The notes below the pieces were generated by a model that worked only from the letters and a program-made list of their open reading frames with translations, was not told where the DNA came from and made no database searches. The position numbers and the translations under genes are program-made. A stretch of DNA of 64,000 bases from a phage, in the NCBI GenBank assembly GCA_024674815.1, contig GCA_024674815.1_4104.1. The stretch is one strand, 5' to 3'. Of the stretch, positions 18,718 through 28,270 are shown piece by piece; within the stretch, counting starts at the first letter, position 1, and each line of letters starts with the position of its first letter.

Positions 18718-18984
18718 TTATTTAAATTCGACTGTAATTTTATCACCTTCAACTACGAACTTACAGTTGTAGCGACGTGCCATATCCATGTACATATGCT
18801 CAGAGTACCAAGGAACATCAATAATCGGATGCTCTGCATATTGTAGAACTTCACGGTCGCCCACTGTAGTAATGATGAAAGGAATGTTCATCTCTCGTAA
18901 AAACAGTTCAGCACCAGGAGAACGATTAATAAATTCAGTATCATTACGTAAAGTAAATCCATTATATTGTAATTTAAGCTTCAT
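18718..18984 (-). CDS. hypothetical protein
   Basis: 88-aa ORF. Confidence 0.55.
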   Translation of the reverse strand: MKLKLQYNGFTLRNDTEFINRSPGAELFLREMNIPFIITTVGDREVLQYAEHPIIDVPWYSEHMYMDMARRYNCKFVVEGDKITVEFK

Positions 18985-18998
18985 ATGTTATCCTCTAT

Positions 18999-19343
18999 TC
19001 AATACCATTCTTTAAAACCATTAAGTTCGGCTACGTGAGTGATTATAACACATATAACATTCAGGTCAAGTATAATTTGATCATAATTTAATTTTATACG
19101 ATCATCATTATATGCTCTAAAAACTACATCGTAATCAAAGAAATTTGCGTTTTCATCATTCATTGAAACGATTCGGTATCTACGTCTTCCATCTGTATTG
19201 AATATAGTTAAACACTGTTGAAACTTTCTCATTAACTGTTTAGATAGGATATTATAATATTCAATATCTTTTTGTGAATTACGTGGGTCATCAGGAAAAT
19301 AGAATGAAACAAATTTCTTTAATTCTATTTGAGTTTTATCCAT
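18999..19343 (-). CDS. hypothetical protein
   Basis: 114-aa ORF. Confidence 0.55.
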   Translation of the reverse strand: MDKTQIELKKFVSFYFPDDPRNSQKDIEYYNILSKQLMRKFQQCLTIFNTDGRRRYRIVSMNDENANFFDYDVVFRAYNDDRIKLNYDQIILDLNVICVIITHVAELNGFKEWY

Positions 19344-19776
19344 ATATTACCTCATGTGTTTCTCTTTTACTTTGTCGGAACTCATCCTTTGCTTCCTTAA
19401 CTGACATGATACGAACTAATTTAGCACTACCGCAATAGTACTGAACCTGATTACGACCAATGTCTACATGGTGGTCTGGAACTTCATATACAGATATAGC
19501 AAACCCAGCACGATGCAATTTACCCAAGTCCATAGTGAAGAATCTGAACAAATCTTTCAAACTTTGACAGCCAAATACCCATCCACTTTTGATTGAATAG
19601 ATCCCATCCTCAGTTGGTTCAGGTTGGAATTGAGAAGGTGTAGTCATAAGCAAACGGTCAAATCCATTTTTAGTACTGTATCTAGTTGAATACCGTGCAA
19701 ACGGACCTACAGTTCGTGCAGGATCTAAGTTAGGTTCAATGTAACTAAATTTAAGTTCAAAACGATATACATACAT
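19336..19776 (-). CDS. hypothetical protein
   Basis: 146-aa ORF directly downstream of PeSL promoter. Confidence 0.6.
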   Translation of the reverse strand: MYVYRFELKFSYIEPNLDPARTVGPFARYSTRYSTKNGFDRLLMTTPSQFQPEPTEDGIYSIKSGWVFGCQSLKDLFRFFTMDLGKLHRAGFAISVYEVPDHHVDIGRNQVQYYCGSAKLVRIMSVKEAKDEFRQSKRETHEVIYG

Positions 19777-19804
19777 AATTAAAATCCTCTAATTTATTAA
19801 GAGA

Positions 19805-19836
19805 ATTATAACAAAAAAGGCTGACCGAAGTCAACC
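19805..19836 (-). promoter_or_regulatory. PeSL-like cassette (terminator hairpin + promoter)
   Basis: ggctgaccgaagtcaacc hairpin; TTGACT-18-TATAAT. Confidence 0.6.
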
Positions 19837-20022
19837 TTTGTTTTGAAGTTCTTGAACTAATTGTCGTACTTCGTTAATATTTTTACACTGCTTTACAGTG
19901 AAGTAATCATACTTACGACCATAGGTTCTTGGGTCATCACCTTCCATATACTGCTGCACATCAAAGATTTGTAAGTAGGGATGCTGCATAACACGAATAT
20001 TATCACTTTGATAAATCAACAT
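19831..20022 (-). CDS. hypothetical small protein
   Basis: ORF with stop inside PeSL hairpin; start trimmed to internal Met. Confidence 0.4.
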   Translation of the reverse strand: MLIYQSDNIRVMQHPYLQIFDVQQYMEGDDPRTYGRKYDYFTVKQCKNINEVRQLVQELQNKG

Positions 20023-20026
20023 AATA

Positions 20027-20377
20027 TCAATCCTTATATTTACACAAGCCACCAAAACTAGTTTCTTTAGCACCACGACGCATCATAACTAATTTAGCAT
20101 ATTGTGTGCCATTACTATCTTCATATACATCTACTTCAATAAACGCTAAGAAGTTAGGGTCTGTGTCGTTAGAAAACTCAGTGAAGCTAATGTCGCCTAC
20201 TGTATGCTCTTTAACAAACGTATATGATTGTCCATCAATATATACAATATCTCGATCGTCACTATCACCTTGATAGATATGTTTAATATTACCATCTGTA
20301 CAAACTAAACCTTCCAATGGTTCAGCATATGACAATCCACACATTAACATACATACAAAAAATAAAATAATTTTCAT
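20027..20377 (-). CDS. secreted protein
   Basis: MKIILFFVCMLMCGLSYA signal peptide. Confidence 0.6.
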   Translation of the reverse strand: MKIILFFVCMLMCGLSYAEPLEGLVCTDGNIKHIYQGDSDDRDIVYIDGQSYTFVKEHTVGDISFTEFSNDTDPNFLAFIEVDVYEDSNGTQYAKLVMMRRGAKETSFGGLCKYKD

Positions 20378-20379
20378 GA

Positions 20380-20757
20380 TTATTTTCCTCCAACGTTAAG
20401 TGATTTCTTGTACTGATATTCTTTATAAGTACTATACCATATATCACCAACGTAAATCAAGTACCACGTAGCAGGATAAAGAGCCAATCCAGTACTGATG
20501 TATACGAACTTTTGGTCAAGGACATCAAATACATACAGAAGGAAAGTTACTCCCATAATGCAAGAACAAATTAACCACAAGTTATAAGCAATCGAATCGC
20601 AAGCAAAAATAGAATCAAGCTTAGAAATTAGGACATATTTGTTTGTTAAAATGAAATGAATTACTGCAACTAAACAATATCCTGCCATAAAAATAGAAAT
20701 TAAAAAAGACAGAATAATTGGAATATTCAACAACAAAAGTAAAATAGTGTTTACCAT
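20380..20757 (-). CDS. multi-TM membrane protein
   Basis: Hydrophobic throughout. Confidence 0.6.
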   Translation of the reverse strand: MVNTILLLLLNIPIILSFLISIFMAGYCLVAVIHFILTNKYVLISKLDSIFACDSIAYNLWLICSCIMGVTFLLYVFDVLDQKFVYISTGLALYPATWYLIYVGDIWYSTYKEYQYKKSLNVGGK

Positions 20758-20768
20758 TTTTTTAAGTC

Positions 20769-21128
20769 CTATATTTCACAGTGTAAGTTCAATTTATCTA
20801 TATCTAGGTCACGGCGTACCGATGAGTCCAAGTAAATTACTATATAGATATCACCATTACCAGTTCTTGGGTCTACAATTAATATTACGTTTGCTAATGT
20901 ACCAGAATCATCTCTATAAGTCGAGATTTTTTTATTACCGATAATACTTTCTACTTTAAAACGATAAATCACACCATCAACAACTATATTTTTACCATTT
21001 CTAGGGTCGTTAGTCAATACATGCCACGTTCCCTTAGTACTACGACAATATGTTTCTGCTGCTGCACCATAACTAAAACATGAAAATAATGCACACACAA
21101 GTGCTATTAATTTTATATAACTCTTCAT
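20769..21128 (-). CDS. secreted protein
   Basis: MKSYIKLIALVCALFSCFSYGAAA signal peptide. Confidence 0.6.
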   Translation of the reverse strand: MKSYIKLIALVCALFSCFSYGAAAETYCRSTKGTWHVLTNDPRNGKNIVVDGVIYRFKVESIIGNKKISTYRDDSGTLANVILIVDPRTGNGDIYIVIYLDSSVRRDLDIDKLNLHCEI

Positions 21129-21206
21129 AACAAACCTCTAACGAGAAATACTTCTGTACTATATATATGTACAGAAGTATTTAATACTATAGAGATATTT
21201 TCACTG

Positions 21207-21533
21207 TTACATCTTATTCGTGAACTTGAATTTGATAATATCAATCCAAATTTTAACATTTCCTGCAAATAGTGCTTTGATTAGCCACATAATTGCAACA
21301 AAGTTCTCAACTAAATCCAAAGTTTTAACTACTGCACCGAGTGGGAAGATAAAACTCAAAATCCATACAATTACTGAAACCACAACGACTGTATAGAAAA
21401 TACGCACAATCGGTGAATCAAGCATAAACAACTCAGAGAACTCTTTTTTATCATTATCATCAGTAATAAAGCATTCGTAAACCAGAAGCCAAATCAGAAT
21501 TAAAGACGGAATTGAAATTAGTACTGATAGCAT
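21207..21533 (-). CDS. membrane protein
   Basis: Two or three hydrophobic helices. Confidence 0.6.
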   Translation of the reverse strand: MLSVLISIPSLILIWLLVYECFITDDNDKKEFSELFMLDSPIVRIFYTVVVVSVIVWILSFIFPLGAVVKTLDLVENFVAIMWLIKALFAGNVKIWIDIIKFKFTNKM

Positions 21534-21580
21534 ATTTTTTTACCTCAAGTTTAAGTGTTAAGTTTCAGACTACAGGAACC

Positions 21581-21608
21581 ATTATACAGTACTACGAACG
21601 TTTGTCAA
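21581..21608 (-). promoter_or_regulatory. near-consensus sigma70 promoter
   Basis: TTGACA-16-TATAAT on minus strand, upstream of 21207..21533. Confidence 0.6.
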
Positions 21609-21834
21609 CATTTGTTTCTTCAATAAGCATAAGATAACTTAACACGAAGAGTAATACCGAAATAATATCAATAACTGTAAAGCTCACTGGAATGATAATA
21701 GACACCAGTACTAATGCCACGTTTAGCAAGAATACAGTAGTGAGATCTACCATCGTTCGCCTAGTGGCTAATGCCACTAGTGTAGGATAGAACATAAACA
21801 ATAGTGCAACAACAAAACTTAGTACTAGATACAT
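21592..21834 (-). CDS. small membrane protein
   Basis: 80 aa, hydrophobic. Confidence 0.5.
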   Translation of the reverse strand: MYLVLSFVVALLFMFYPTLVALATRRTMVDLTTVFLLNVALVLVSIIIPVSFTVIDIISVLLFVLSYLMLIEETNVDKRS

Positions 21835-22505
21835 TTCTTTTTCACCTTAATAAAATTATAACACAAAACCACATCAACATCTGGCTCATCATACAAGTAC
21901 TCAAAACGTTCTTTACTTCGTTTAGTACCGATATACTCACCATTCTTATGCCAACGCCATCCACCATCCTTTGGTTGTTCAGACTTCAGTACTGGGTGAT
22001 AGCACAGGACAATTTCTTCTGGACCTTCAATTAGGTTCTTGTACTTATTCATAATCTGTTCAAGCGTATCTGCTACACCATAAGATGGATGCATAAGATA
22101 AGACTCAGGACGTGGACGTCCACTTGGTAGAATATCATCAGTACTATTAAAGATAGCACGGAAGTCTTCAGATGTGTATAGACTTCCATCTTCATGGATC
22201 ATTGGGTATTCATCCACGACATCGTAATCAGTGAAGTGTTCAATTGCATGTGCAGGTCGATAACCTGCAAGGATACCTGCATGTTTAGTCTGGACAATAG
22301 TCATAACAGATGTATTGTTGTTTACATTTGGATCATGAATTTCAGCCCAAAACGGATGATTTGGATCAAAAGTTGCATTTACCAATGTACACTCACCAAT
22401 GTAGTCAAACATAGTTTCCTTGAAGTTTAAAGAAACTCCACGTAATGCCCAGTCAGGTGAAGTGATGAAATTAAGATTAACTAACATAAGTATCCTCAGA
22501 TGCAA
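21825..22505 (-). CDS. hypothetical protein
   Basis: 226-aa ORF. Confidence 0.65.
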   Translation of the reverse strand: MHLRILMLVNLNFITSPDWALRGVSLNFKETMFDYIGECTLVNATFDPNHPFWAEIHDPNVNNNTSVMTIVQTKHAGILAGYRPAHAIEHFTDYDVVDEYPMIHEDGSLYTSEDFRAIFNSTDDILPSGRPRPESYLMHPSYGVADTLEQIMNKYKNLIEGPEEIVLCYHPVLKSEQPKDGGWRWHKNGEYIGTKRSKERFEYLYDEPDVDVVLCYNFIKVKKKCI

Positions 22506-22519
22506 TTTTTTTGATGTGG

Positions 22520-22735
22520 TTATTGTATCAAAGATGTATCGATTTGTACAACATTTATTGTAACTATTTCGTACATATAGTCAGGTGCATTGAACTCAGC
22601 ATACCACTCAATGATCTCACAAGCAGCATCAACTTGGTTGTTCGCATTAACACGTCTTGCATAGGTACTAGACATTTTATATCTACCATTTACATACACG
22701 TTATATACACCATGACACCACCACATCTTAGTCAT
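22520..22735 (-). CDS. hypothetical protein
   Basis: 71-aa ORF, co-oriented with neighbours. Confidence 0.45.
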   Translation of the reverse strand: MTKMWWCHGVYNVYVNGRYKMSSTYARRVNANNQVDAACEIIEWYAEFNAPDYMYEIVTINVVQIDTSLIQ

Positions 22736-22946
22736 TTATACTAGGCCATACTTTATATTGTAAGTTCTGGTATTGAAATTTACCAATTTCATTTTTCTTA
22801 CGGAATGATTCATCTACTTGAATTTCCGCATCGTACTGACCATCAGCCTGTACAACGTACTTAAATTCTTCTACGTGTGAAAAACGTTGACCTTCACCTT
22901 CTGGTTTATAGACTTGTACTAAACCTTCAACTAGATATAAATTCAT
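22728..22946 (-). CDS. hypothetical protein
   Basis: 72-aa ORF. Confidence 0.5.
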   Translation of the reverse strand: MNLYLVEGLVQVYKPEGEGQRFSHVEEFKYVVQADGQYDAEIQVDESFRKKNEIGKFQYQNLQYKVWPSIND

Positions 22947-22949
22947 TTA

Positions 22950-23171
22950 TCATTCCTCATCACTTTCAGTTAGCATAATGCTATGTACAGTTTCCACATA
23001 GCGGTGTGTTTTAGGTGTGTTATACTTTGTAATTTCATCAAACAATTTAAACAGTGCATCTACTTCACTAAGAGCACGAATGAATACATCCATCTTGGTG
23101 ACTACTCTGGAAAACCCGCGTATGTTATTAAATTCAGAGACGTGTTCATACACAACATAGTATCTATTCAT
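22950..23171 (-). CDS. hypothetical protein
   Basis: 73-aa ORF. Confidence 0.5.
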   Translation of the reverse strand: MNRYYVVYEHVSEFNNIRGFSRVVTKMDVFIRALSEVDALFKLFDEITKYNTPKTHRYVETVHSIMLTESDEE

Positions 23172-23686
23172 ATATTAAAAAGTTCCATGAATTCATTGAA
23201 TAAAGAAGTTCTAATGCACATAACAAATTCAAAATCAACATCTATGGTGTCAAGTAGTTTGAACAACTTTGGTACTAATGGATCATTCACCTCAAAGTTA
23301 TGAATCAAACTTTGTTGAAACACATTTTCTTCAGTACTATAATCAATAACAAAATATTCAGCAATACCAGGTGGTGTATAAACATCATATAAAATATGGC
23401 GGTGATGATTTGTTTTAGAACTAGGGGAATATATAAGTTCTATTTCATAAGATTTATCAGCACTGCGTGCGTAACAAACAATATCAGTACTCGTTATTTC
23501 TGAACCATCACTTCTCTCTGAAAAACAAACATCAGCATAGCGTTTTCCAGAGAGATTCAAAAGGTCATGAGTTGTTTTACCATAACAGAAATCAGTTTCA
23601 ATGCGTATCACATCTTGATATTCAATTGGTCTTGTATCGCGGCGTTCACGATTAAACACTAATTTCAACAACTCATTAATATCCAT
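23168..23686 (-). CDS. hypothetical protein
   Basis: 172-aa ORF. Confidence 0.65.
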   Translation of the reverse strand: MDINELLKLVFNRERRDTRPIEYQDVIRIETDFCYGKTTHDLLNLSGKRYADVCFSERSDGSEITSTDIVCYARSADKSYEIELIYSPSSKTNHHRHILYDVYTPPGIAEYFVIDYSTEENVFQQSLIHNFEVNDPLVPKLFKLLDTIDVDFEFVMCIRTSLFNEFMELFNI

Positions 23687-23943
23687 TATTTCGCCTCGAT
23701 AACCTTAAGGTTAACAAAATCACCTTTTACTTTCATGCATTTGAATTCAGTGCGAGTTTCATCCCCACTATCGCGAGGCCAATGAGTGGCAGAGTAGCAC
23801 TGGTCTGGTGTTTTATATACACCTTCACCAATAGTACGAGTGATTTCACCATTGGTGAGAACTACTGCGAGATATAAAGTAAACATGATATTCGCCTTAG
23901 AATAATTTATTAATAATAATAGCACCCAACGCAAGAACTGCAA
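23686..23943 (-). CDS. small secreted/membrane-anchored protein
   Basis: N-terminal hydrophobic segment. Confidence 0.5.
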   Translation of the reverse strand: MQFLRWVLLLLINYSKANIMFTLYLAVVLTNGEITRTIGEGVYKTPDQCYSATHWPRDSGDETRTEFKCMKVKGDFVNLKVIEAK

Positions 23944-24039
23944 TAATTACAGATACCCACATTACTGCATTCACTGTACCAGTAAGTTCTTTATCAAACT
24001 CCCTGCACTTCTTGCGGTAATCTTCCCACTCTTTGTTAT

Positions 24040-24255
24040 TCACACTGCCACTCCTAATAGGTCGGTAGCTTTCTTGAGTACTACGTCAATGGTTTCCAGT
24101 ACTGCACCTTTGTGTTCAATTGATACAATATTATTATAAGTATCAAGGTCCAAGTACTCCATATATTCAGTTTTGAATACACGAACATCAGTACTAGTGA
24201 TTTTAATATCACAACCTTTATCCCAAATAACCTGCATCATTTCATTGGTAGTCAT
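24040..24255 (-). CDS. hypothetical protein
   Basis: 71-aa ORF. Confidence 0.5.
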   Translation of the reverse strand: MTTNEMMQVIWDKGCDIKITSTDVRVFKTEYMEYLDLDTYNNIVSIEHKGAVLETIDVVLKKATDLLGVAV

Positions 24256-24530
24256 TATTCAACCTTATCATAAACAAGTTTGTGTGTGCTTAGTACTTTG
24301 TTGTGATGTCCAGGGCATTCATATACATACAATCGCTCCTGTCGTTTTTCCCAACCACCACAGATACGACCTGATTGTGTACATACCTCATACTCGTTAA
24401 TAAAAGACTTACCTGTGAATGTACAATCCTGACGAACTAAGTCTTTTGCACTAAACCTGCCGTCATCATTACATGCTGTAAGAAACATTGTACAGAATAC
24501 AAAGACAACTGTCAATAGTTTTTTAATCAT
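24255..24530 (-). CDS. putative lipoprotein
   Basis: Signal peptide with lipobox LTAC. Confidence 0.6.
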   Translation of the reverse strand: MIKKLLTVVFVFCTMFLTACNDDGRFSAKDLVRQDCTFTGKSFINEYEVCTQSGRICGGWEKRQERLYVYECPGHHNKVLSTHKLVYDKVE

Positions 24531-24895
24531 TGAACATCACCCCAACGGAAGCCATTCATATAATTCAAATTCACCTCAACGAGTTCATGTGTTTTTGTAC
24601 ACCAAATTGATAGAGTTTTTGTAACATCACCAGGTGAACTTTCATACTTCACACAATACCCTTCAATGCGAAGAGTTTTGTTAGTCCAATGTTGCCACTC
24701 AATCCAAATTTCATTAGGATAATAAACCATATCTTCCTTGAACCTATGGTATTGATCCATCGGTAAGTGACCTTCAACTTCAATTACTTCAGCACTTCGA
24801 ACAAGTTTGTCAAGCTTGTACTTTATCTCAGCAAGATATTCTTCATCATTCAGACGAGTTAATAAATCTGCTGCACGTGTTGTATCAAGGCTCAT
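24527..24895 (-). CDS. hypothetical protein
   Basis: 122-aa ORF. Confidence 0.6.
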   Translation of the reverse strand: MSLDTTRAADLLTRLNDEEYLAEIKYKLDKLVRSAEVIEVEGHLPMDQYHRFKEDMVYYPNEIWIEWQHWTNKTLRIEGYCVKYESSPGDVTKTLSIWCTKTHELVEVNLNYMNGFRWGDVQ

Positions 24896-24897
24896 TG

Positions 24898-25143
24898 TTA
24901 TTCTCCATGAATTACGGAAGTGTTGATTCGTGTTTTACCGCTAGTGTATCCAGTACTTGTATTTGCATTAGGACAGTACACAGTGTATAAAGTCGCACCA
25001 GCACCATCTTGTTGCATACGATAAATCTTACACCCTGCTTCTTTTAATTCAGCAGGTAGAACAAAATCACTTGTACGTTCTTTGGTAGAAGCATCACATG
25101 CAGTGAGTAGAAATGCGACGAGTACTGCTACAATGTATTTCAT
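24898..25143 (-). CDS. putative lipoprotein
   Basis: MKYIVAVLVAFLLTAC lipobox. Confidence 0.6.
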   Translation of the reverse strand: MKYIVAVLVAFLLTACDASTKERTSDFVLPAELKEAGCKIYRMQQDGAGATLYTVYCPNANTSTGYTSGKTRINTSVIHGE

Positions 25144-25451
25144 TAACGAACCTCCACTTCTTGAGAAAGAGCATGAGTCAGTGCATTTGAATTCGAACCA
25201 TTCATTTCACGCTGACATACAAACATAATGGCATCTTGTACTGAACCTGCGATTTCATACTCACGACCTTCTGGATCAGTTACCAGATGTTCAACGATAC
25301 AACCACCTCTCAGTACAGAAGCACCAGTACTTACACTAATTTTGTAACCTAAGAAATCAAACTGCATACATGCGTCAGTAGGTTTCATCCAATGACCGCT
25401 GTTTTGATTCAAATCGATGATTACAAAACCTTGAGTGTTAGTTTGAAACAT
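25143..25451 (-). CDS. hypothetical protein
   Basis: 102-aa ORF. Confidence 0.55.
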   Translation of the reverse strand: MFQTNTQGFVIIDLNQNSGHWMKPTDACMQFDFLGYKISVSTGASVLRGGCIVEHLVTDPEGREYEIAGSVQDAIMFVCQREMNGSNSNALTHALSQEVEVR

Positions 25452-25570
25452 AGTTAATTCCTCATTTAATTTAAAAGGGCGGGAACGCAGTGACGAGTAC
25501 GATTATGCTGTCTTTCCTTTCACTGCATTCCCTTTTATATAAAACATAATACTGCTATTATTCAGTACTG

Positions 25571-25864
25571 TCAATCGATATAAGTACCTTTTTTAACATC
25601 ACAGACTTCTTCCATCCAATGTGGATTTTCGTTTTTATCAGTGAAGATTTGTTCTGCTTCTTCTTTTGTTTCAGCTAGGACAATACGATCCCCTTCATCC
25701 AAATCACGGATACGATACACTTTCAGTTCTTGTTTCTTCTCAAGAATATTACACAGTTCACGTGCTTTTTCTTCATCGCACTTCCCTTCATTAGCATAAA
25801 ACCAAATTGCTTTTTTAATAAGGTCACGTTCTTCTTTAGAAAAAGACATAATATTTCCTATCAT
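25571..25864 (-). CDS. hypothetical protein
   Basis: 97-aa ORF downstream of consensus promoter. Confidence 0.6.
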   Translation of the reverse strand: MIGNIMSFSKEERDLIKKAIWFYANEGKCDEEKARELCNILEKKQELKVYRIRDLDEGDRIVLAETKEEAEQIFTDKNENPHWMEEVCDVKKGTYID

Positions 25865-25894
25865 TTGTTAAAGTGGATTTCGTTTGATATAAAC

Positions 25895-25922
25895 ATTATA
25901 CAGTACTGATATCTTATGTCAA
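25895..25922 (-). promoter_or_regulatory. near-consensus sigma70 promoter
   Basis: TTGACA-16-TATAAT on minus strand. Confidence 0.6.
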
Positions 25923-26018
25923 GTATTAATCACCAAAAATCATCAGATACCCAAACCAACCCACACAGACGACTAAGCTAACAATACCAAAGACAATCTC
26001 TAAAGTCATGTTGTATCC

Positions 26019-26237
26019 TTAATCAACGATTTTATATTCACGATGACCATAGAATCCAGCCTCAAGGATGCGATTACCATCAGCATCTTCCAAATCCCAC
26101 CCACGGGATGTTTCGGCAATAATAGTCATGATGTGACCTCTTGGGAAAATTCCACTCATGGTGGATACATCTTCAAGTAATTGAACTTTCTTACCAACAT
26201 TGGAATTCGGTTTAAACATTTTATGGCCCTTATTCAT
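26019..26237 (-). CDS. hypothetical protein
   Basis: 72-aa ORF. Confidence 0.5.
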   Translation of the reverse strand: MNKGHKMFKPNSNVGKKVQLLEDVSTMSGIFPRGHIMTIIAETSRGWDLEDADGNRILEAGFYGHREYKIVD

Positions 26238-26412
26238 TGATCACATCAAGTACTTTATCCAGCTTTTTACCAATGCTTTCCTTTGGTTTCTCACCATTCT
26301 GGAATACATTAGTACTGCAATACTCAGGACGCGTATTAGGAAACTTCTCGTTCATCCAGGAGTGACCGTAAACACCCAGCATGATGCCAACGATAAGAAT
26401 GATAATTTGCAT
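26230..26412 (-). CDS. small membrane protein
   Basis: N-terminal TM helix. Confidence 0.45.
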   Translation of the reverse strand: MQIIILIVGIMLGVYGHSWMNEKFPNTRPEYCSTNVFQNGEKPKESIGKKLDKVLDVINE

Positions 26413-26427
26413 GATAATTTCCTCTGA

Positions 26428-27216
26428 TTAAATGTTAGTAGTATAGTACTTGATTTCGTTTTGAATTGCAAGTTCTATTTGTTTATTGAAAAGAATTCCA
26501 AACTCTTTGATTGATTCACAATCGAATTCAATAGAAAAAGTATACTCTGGTACACGTACATTGTCAATACCCAAATACTCTTTTATGTAAATTTTAATGA
26601 GTTCACATAGTGCAGTACTAAGACATTGAATTTCAAAATGTTTTGCACCTTTGTCAAAATACTTGAATGCATCAATATCACCCACAATAAAACTATTCTT
26701 TAATGTAGTGAATAGGTTCTCAGGAAACACGGTAATAGGTGACATTGATTTAAGAATGTATGTATCTTTGGCATTCTTAATGTACTCAATGAAGCAGTAG
26801 TTAACGTCAGGCTCGATTGAACGATCCGCGTTATGATACCAGTGTTTAAACTCACTGTATTCAGCAAACTTATGCTGGCGTAATGCGTTACAATCTTCAC
26901 ACAGTGCAGTCATGTTCTCTTTATCATTACCGCCCTGAAGACAGTCCAGTACATTATGGTCTAACGTCATGCGTACAAGGCGTTTCCCTTTAAGTACATA
27001 AGGTCTGAATTTATAACGATCTTTAGTACTGTGCTTGTGTAAAGTGAATACTACATTAGATTCACCGCAACAATCACATTTAAAGCCATCACGTGACATT
27101 ACATGAATGAGTTTTCGAGTATTTGGACCAAACTCTGATTTGGTAATGTTACCTACAATTTCTGATGGTTGGTAATATTTTGAATTCCGTCGAATCAGTT
27201 CATCTATAGTGCTCAT
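26428..27216 (-). CDS. HNH endonuclease (homing-endonuclease-like)
   Basis: DHNVLDCLQGGNDKENMTALCEDCN HNH motif; CDCCGE zinc-finger-like N-terminal part. Confidence 0.75.
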   Translation of the reverse strand: MSTIDELIRRNSKYYQPSEIVGNITKSEFGPNTRKLIHVMSRDGFKCDCCGESNVVFTLHKHSTKDRYKFRPYVLKGKRLVRMTLDHNVLDCLQGGNDKENMTALCEDCNALRQHKFAEYSEFKHWYHNADRSIEPDVNYCFIEYIKNAKDTYILKSMSPITVFPENLFTTLKNSFIVGDIDAFKYFDKGAKHFEIQCLSTALCELIKIYIKEYLGIDNVRVPEYTFSIEFDCESIKEFGILFNKQIELAIQNEIKYYTTNI

Positions 27217-27217
27217 T

Positions 27218-27448
27218 TTACATTAATCCTTCTATGCTACAACCAATAAGTACTTTTTTCACTTCAATAACTCGTACCAAATAGAATCCATTTGAAAAGT
27301 TAAAACTATACATTTGTACTAAGGCATCTGCTTCAGATTTCGCACGGATACATGATAGATAAATTTCACGTATATCACCATCCAACGATACTTGTTTCTC
27401 TGCATTGATGACAATAGAACGAATCTCAAAACGAACGCCATAACTCAT
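27218..27448 (-). CDS. hypothetical protein
   Basis: 76-aa ORF. Confidence 0.5.
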   Translation of the reverse strand: MSYGVRFEIRSIVINAEKQVSLDGDIREIYLSCIRAKSEADALVQMYSFNFSNGFYLVRVIEVKKVLIGCSIEGLM

Positions 27449-27654
27449 TGAGTTTGTCCTACAATAAGCTTTGTGTTAGTATTACTATTGTAACACCACA
27501 TTTGTTCTTTACTAACTGTAATCCAAATATCTTTGTTTACTTGTTCGTATGTACTATCACGTACTGCTATGCATTGATTCATGGAATTCATTGGGGTTAT
27601 TTGTACACCGGAATTAACAGAGAAAGCGACTACTAAAAAGATTACTGAATTCAT
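27445..27654 (-). CDS. small secreted protein
   Basis: N-terminal hydrophobic signal-like segment. Confidence 0.5.
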   Translation of the reverse strand: MNSVIFLVVAFSVNSGVQITPMNSMNQCIAVRDSTYEQVNKDIWITVSKEQMWCYNSNTNTKLIVGQTQ

Positions 27655-28270
27655 TTGATATTCCTTAATGGTTAATCATCCATCTCTTCGAGATGTCTGT
27701 TCGCTTCTAATACTACGTATTCTACGCGAATGATTAATAACTGTCAAGGACTTTTAATATTGACGGGATTTGAGGAAGGGATTTTTCTTCCCCCCACAAG
27801 GAGGGAAATTTGACGCTGATGGTATCAGAGCTATTGCATTGAAGATTACTCATAAAGAGTGCGAAAGCGGGTCATCCTGTTTCTCTCTACTTCAGTTTCA
27901 TATGACGGTCTACACTTTTAAACATAGTGTATCTTCATTAAGTATCTATGCAATCAAATACTTAATGTGAGTACTCAAATTTTGGACGCAACTTTCCTGT
28001 ACAAAATTCGATAACTCTCCCTTAGATAATTCGTAAGGTGTTATCCTTATATGTCTATCAAGGAACCACCAGCTATCCTAACGTGGTTCTTTATACAGCC
28101 GCATTGCCGTGAGGGGTTCAAACTATGCCCACATCTAACGGGTTTCTTTTGCTGTTCGCACTGTCGGACTGCTCAACTGCCCTCTACGTTTTCGAGTGGA
28201 TCAGGTACATGAATATCATGCCAACAGAATTGTACAAGATAATTATATCACAAACTTTTACTTCATCCCA
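27655..28270. other. ~600-bp ORF-free, relatively GC-rich region (candidate structured ncRNA or regulatory region)
   Basis: No ORF of 60 aa or more except a weak 66-aa plus ORF; composition differs from flanks. Confidence 0.4.

Noticed and set aside
6681-19836. Repeated ~20-bp hairpin elements considered as a possible CRISPR array
   Set aside because: Copies are separated by whole genes at irregular spacing (1-5 kb), each is an inverted repeat with a U-run and sits in an intergenic position. This is terminator/promoter behaviour, not a repeat-spacer array.
27770-27970. 66-aa plus-strand ORF in the 600-bp noncoding region
   Set aside because: Opposite strand to all neighbours, no SD, poly-Phe/Pro start typical of a chance ORF.
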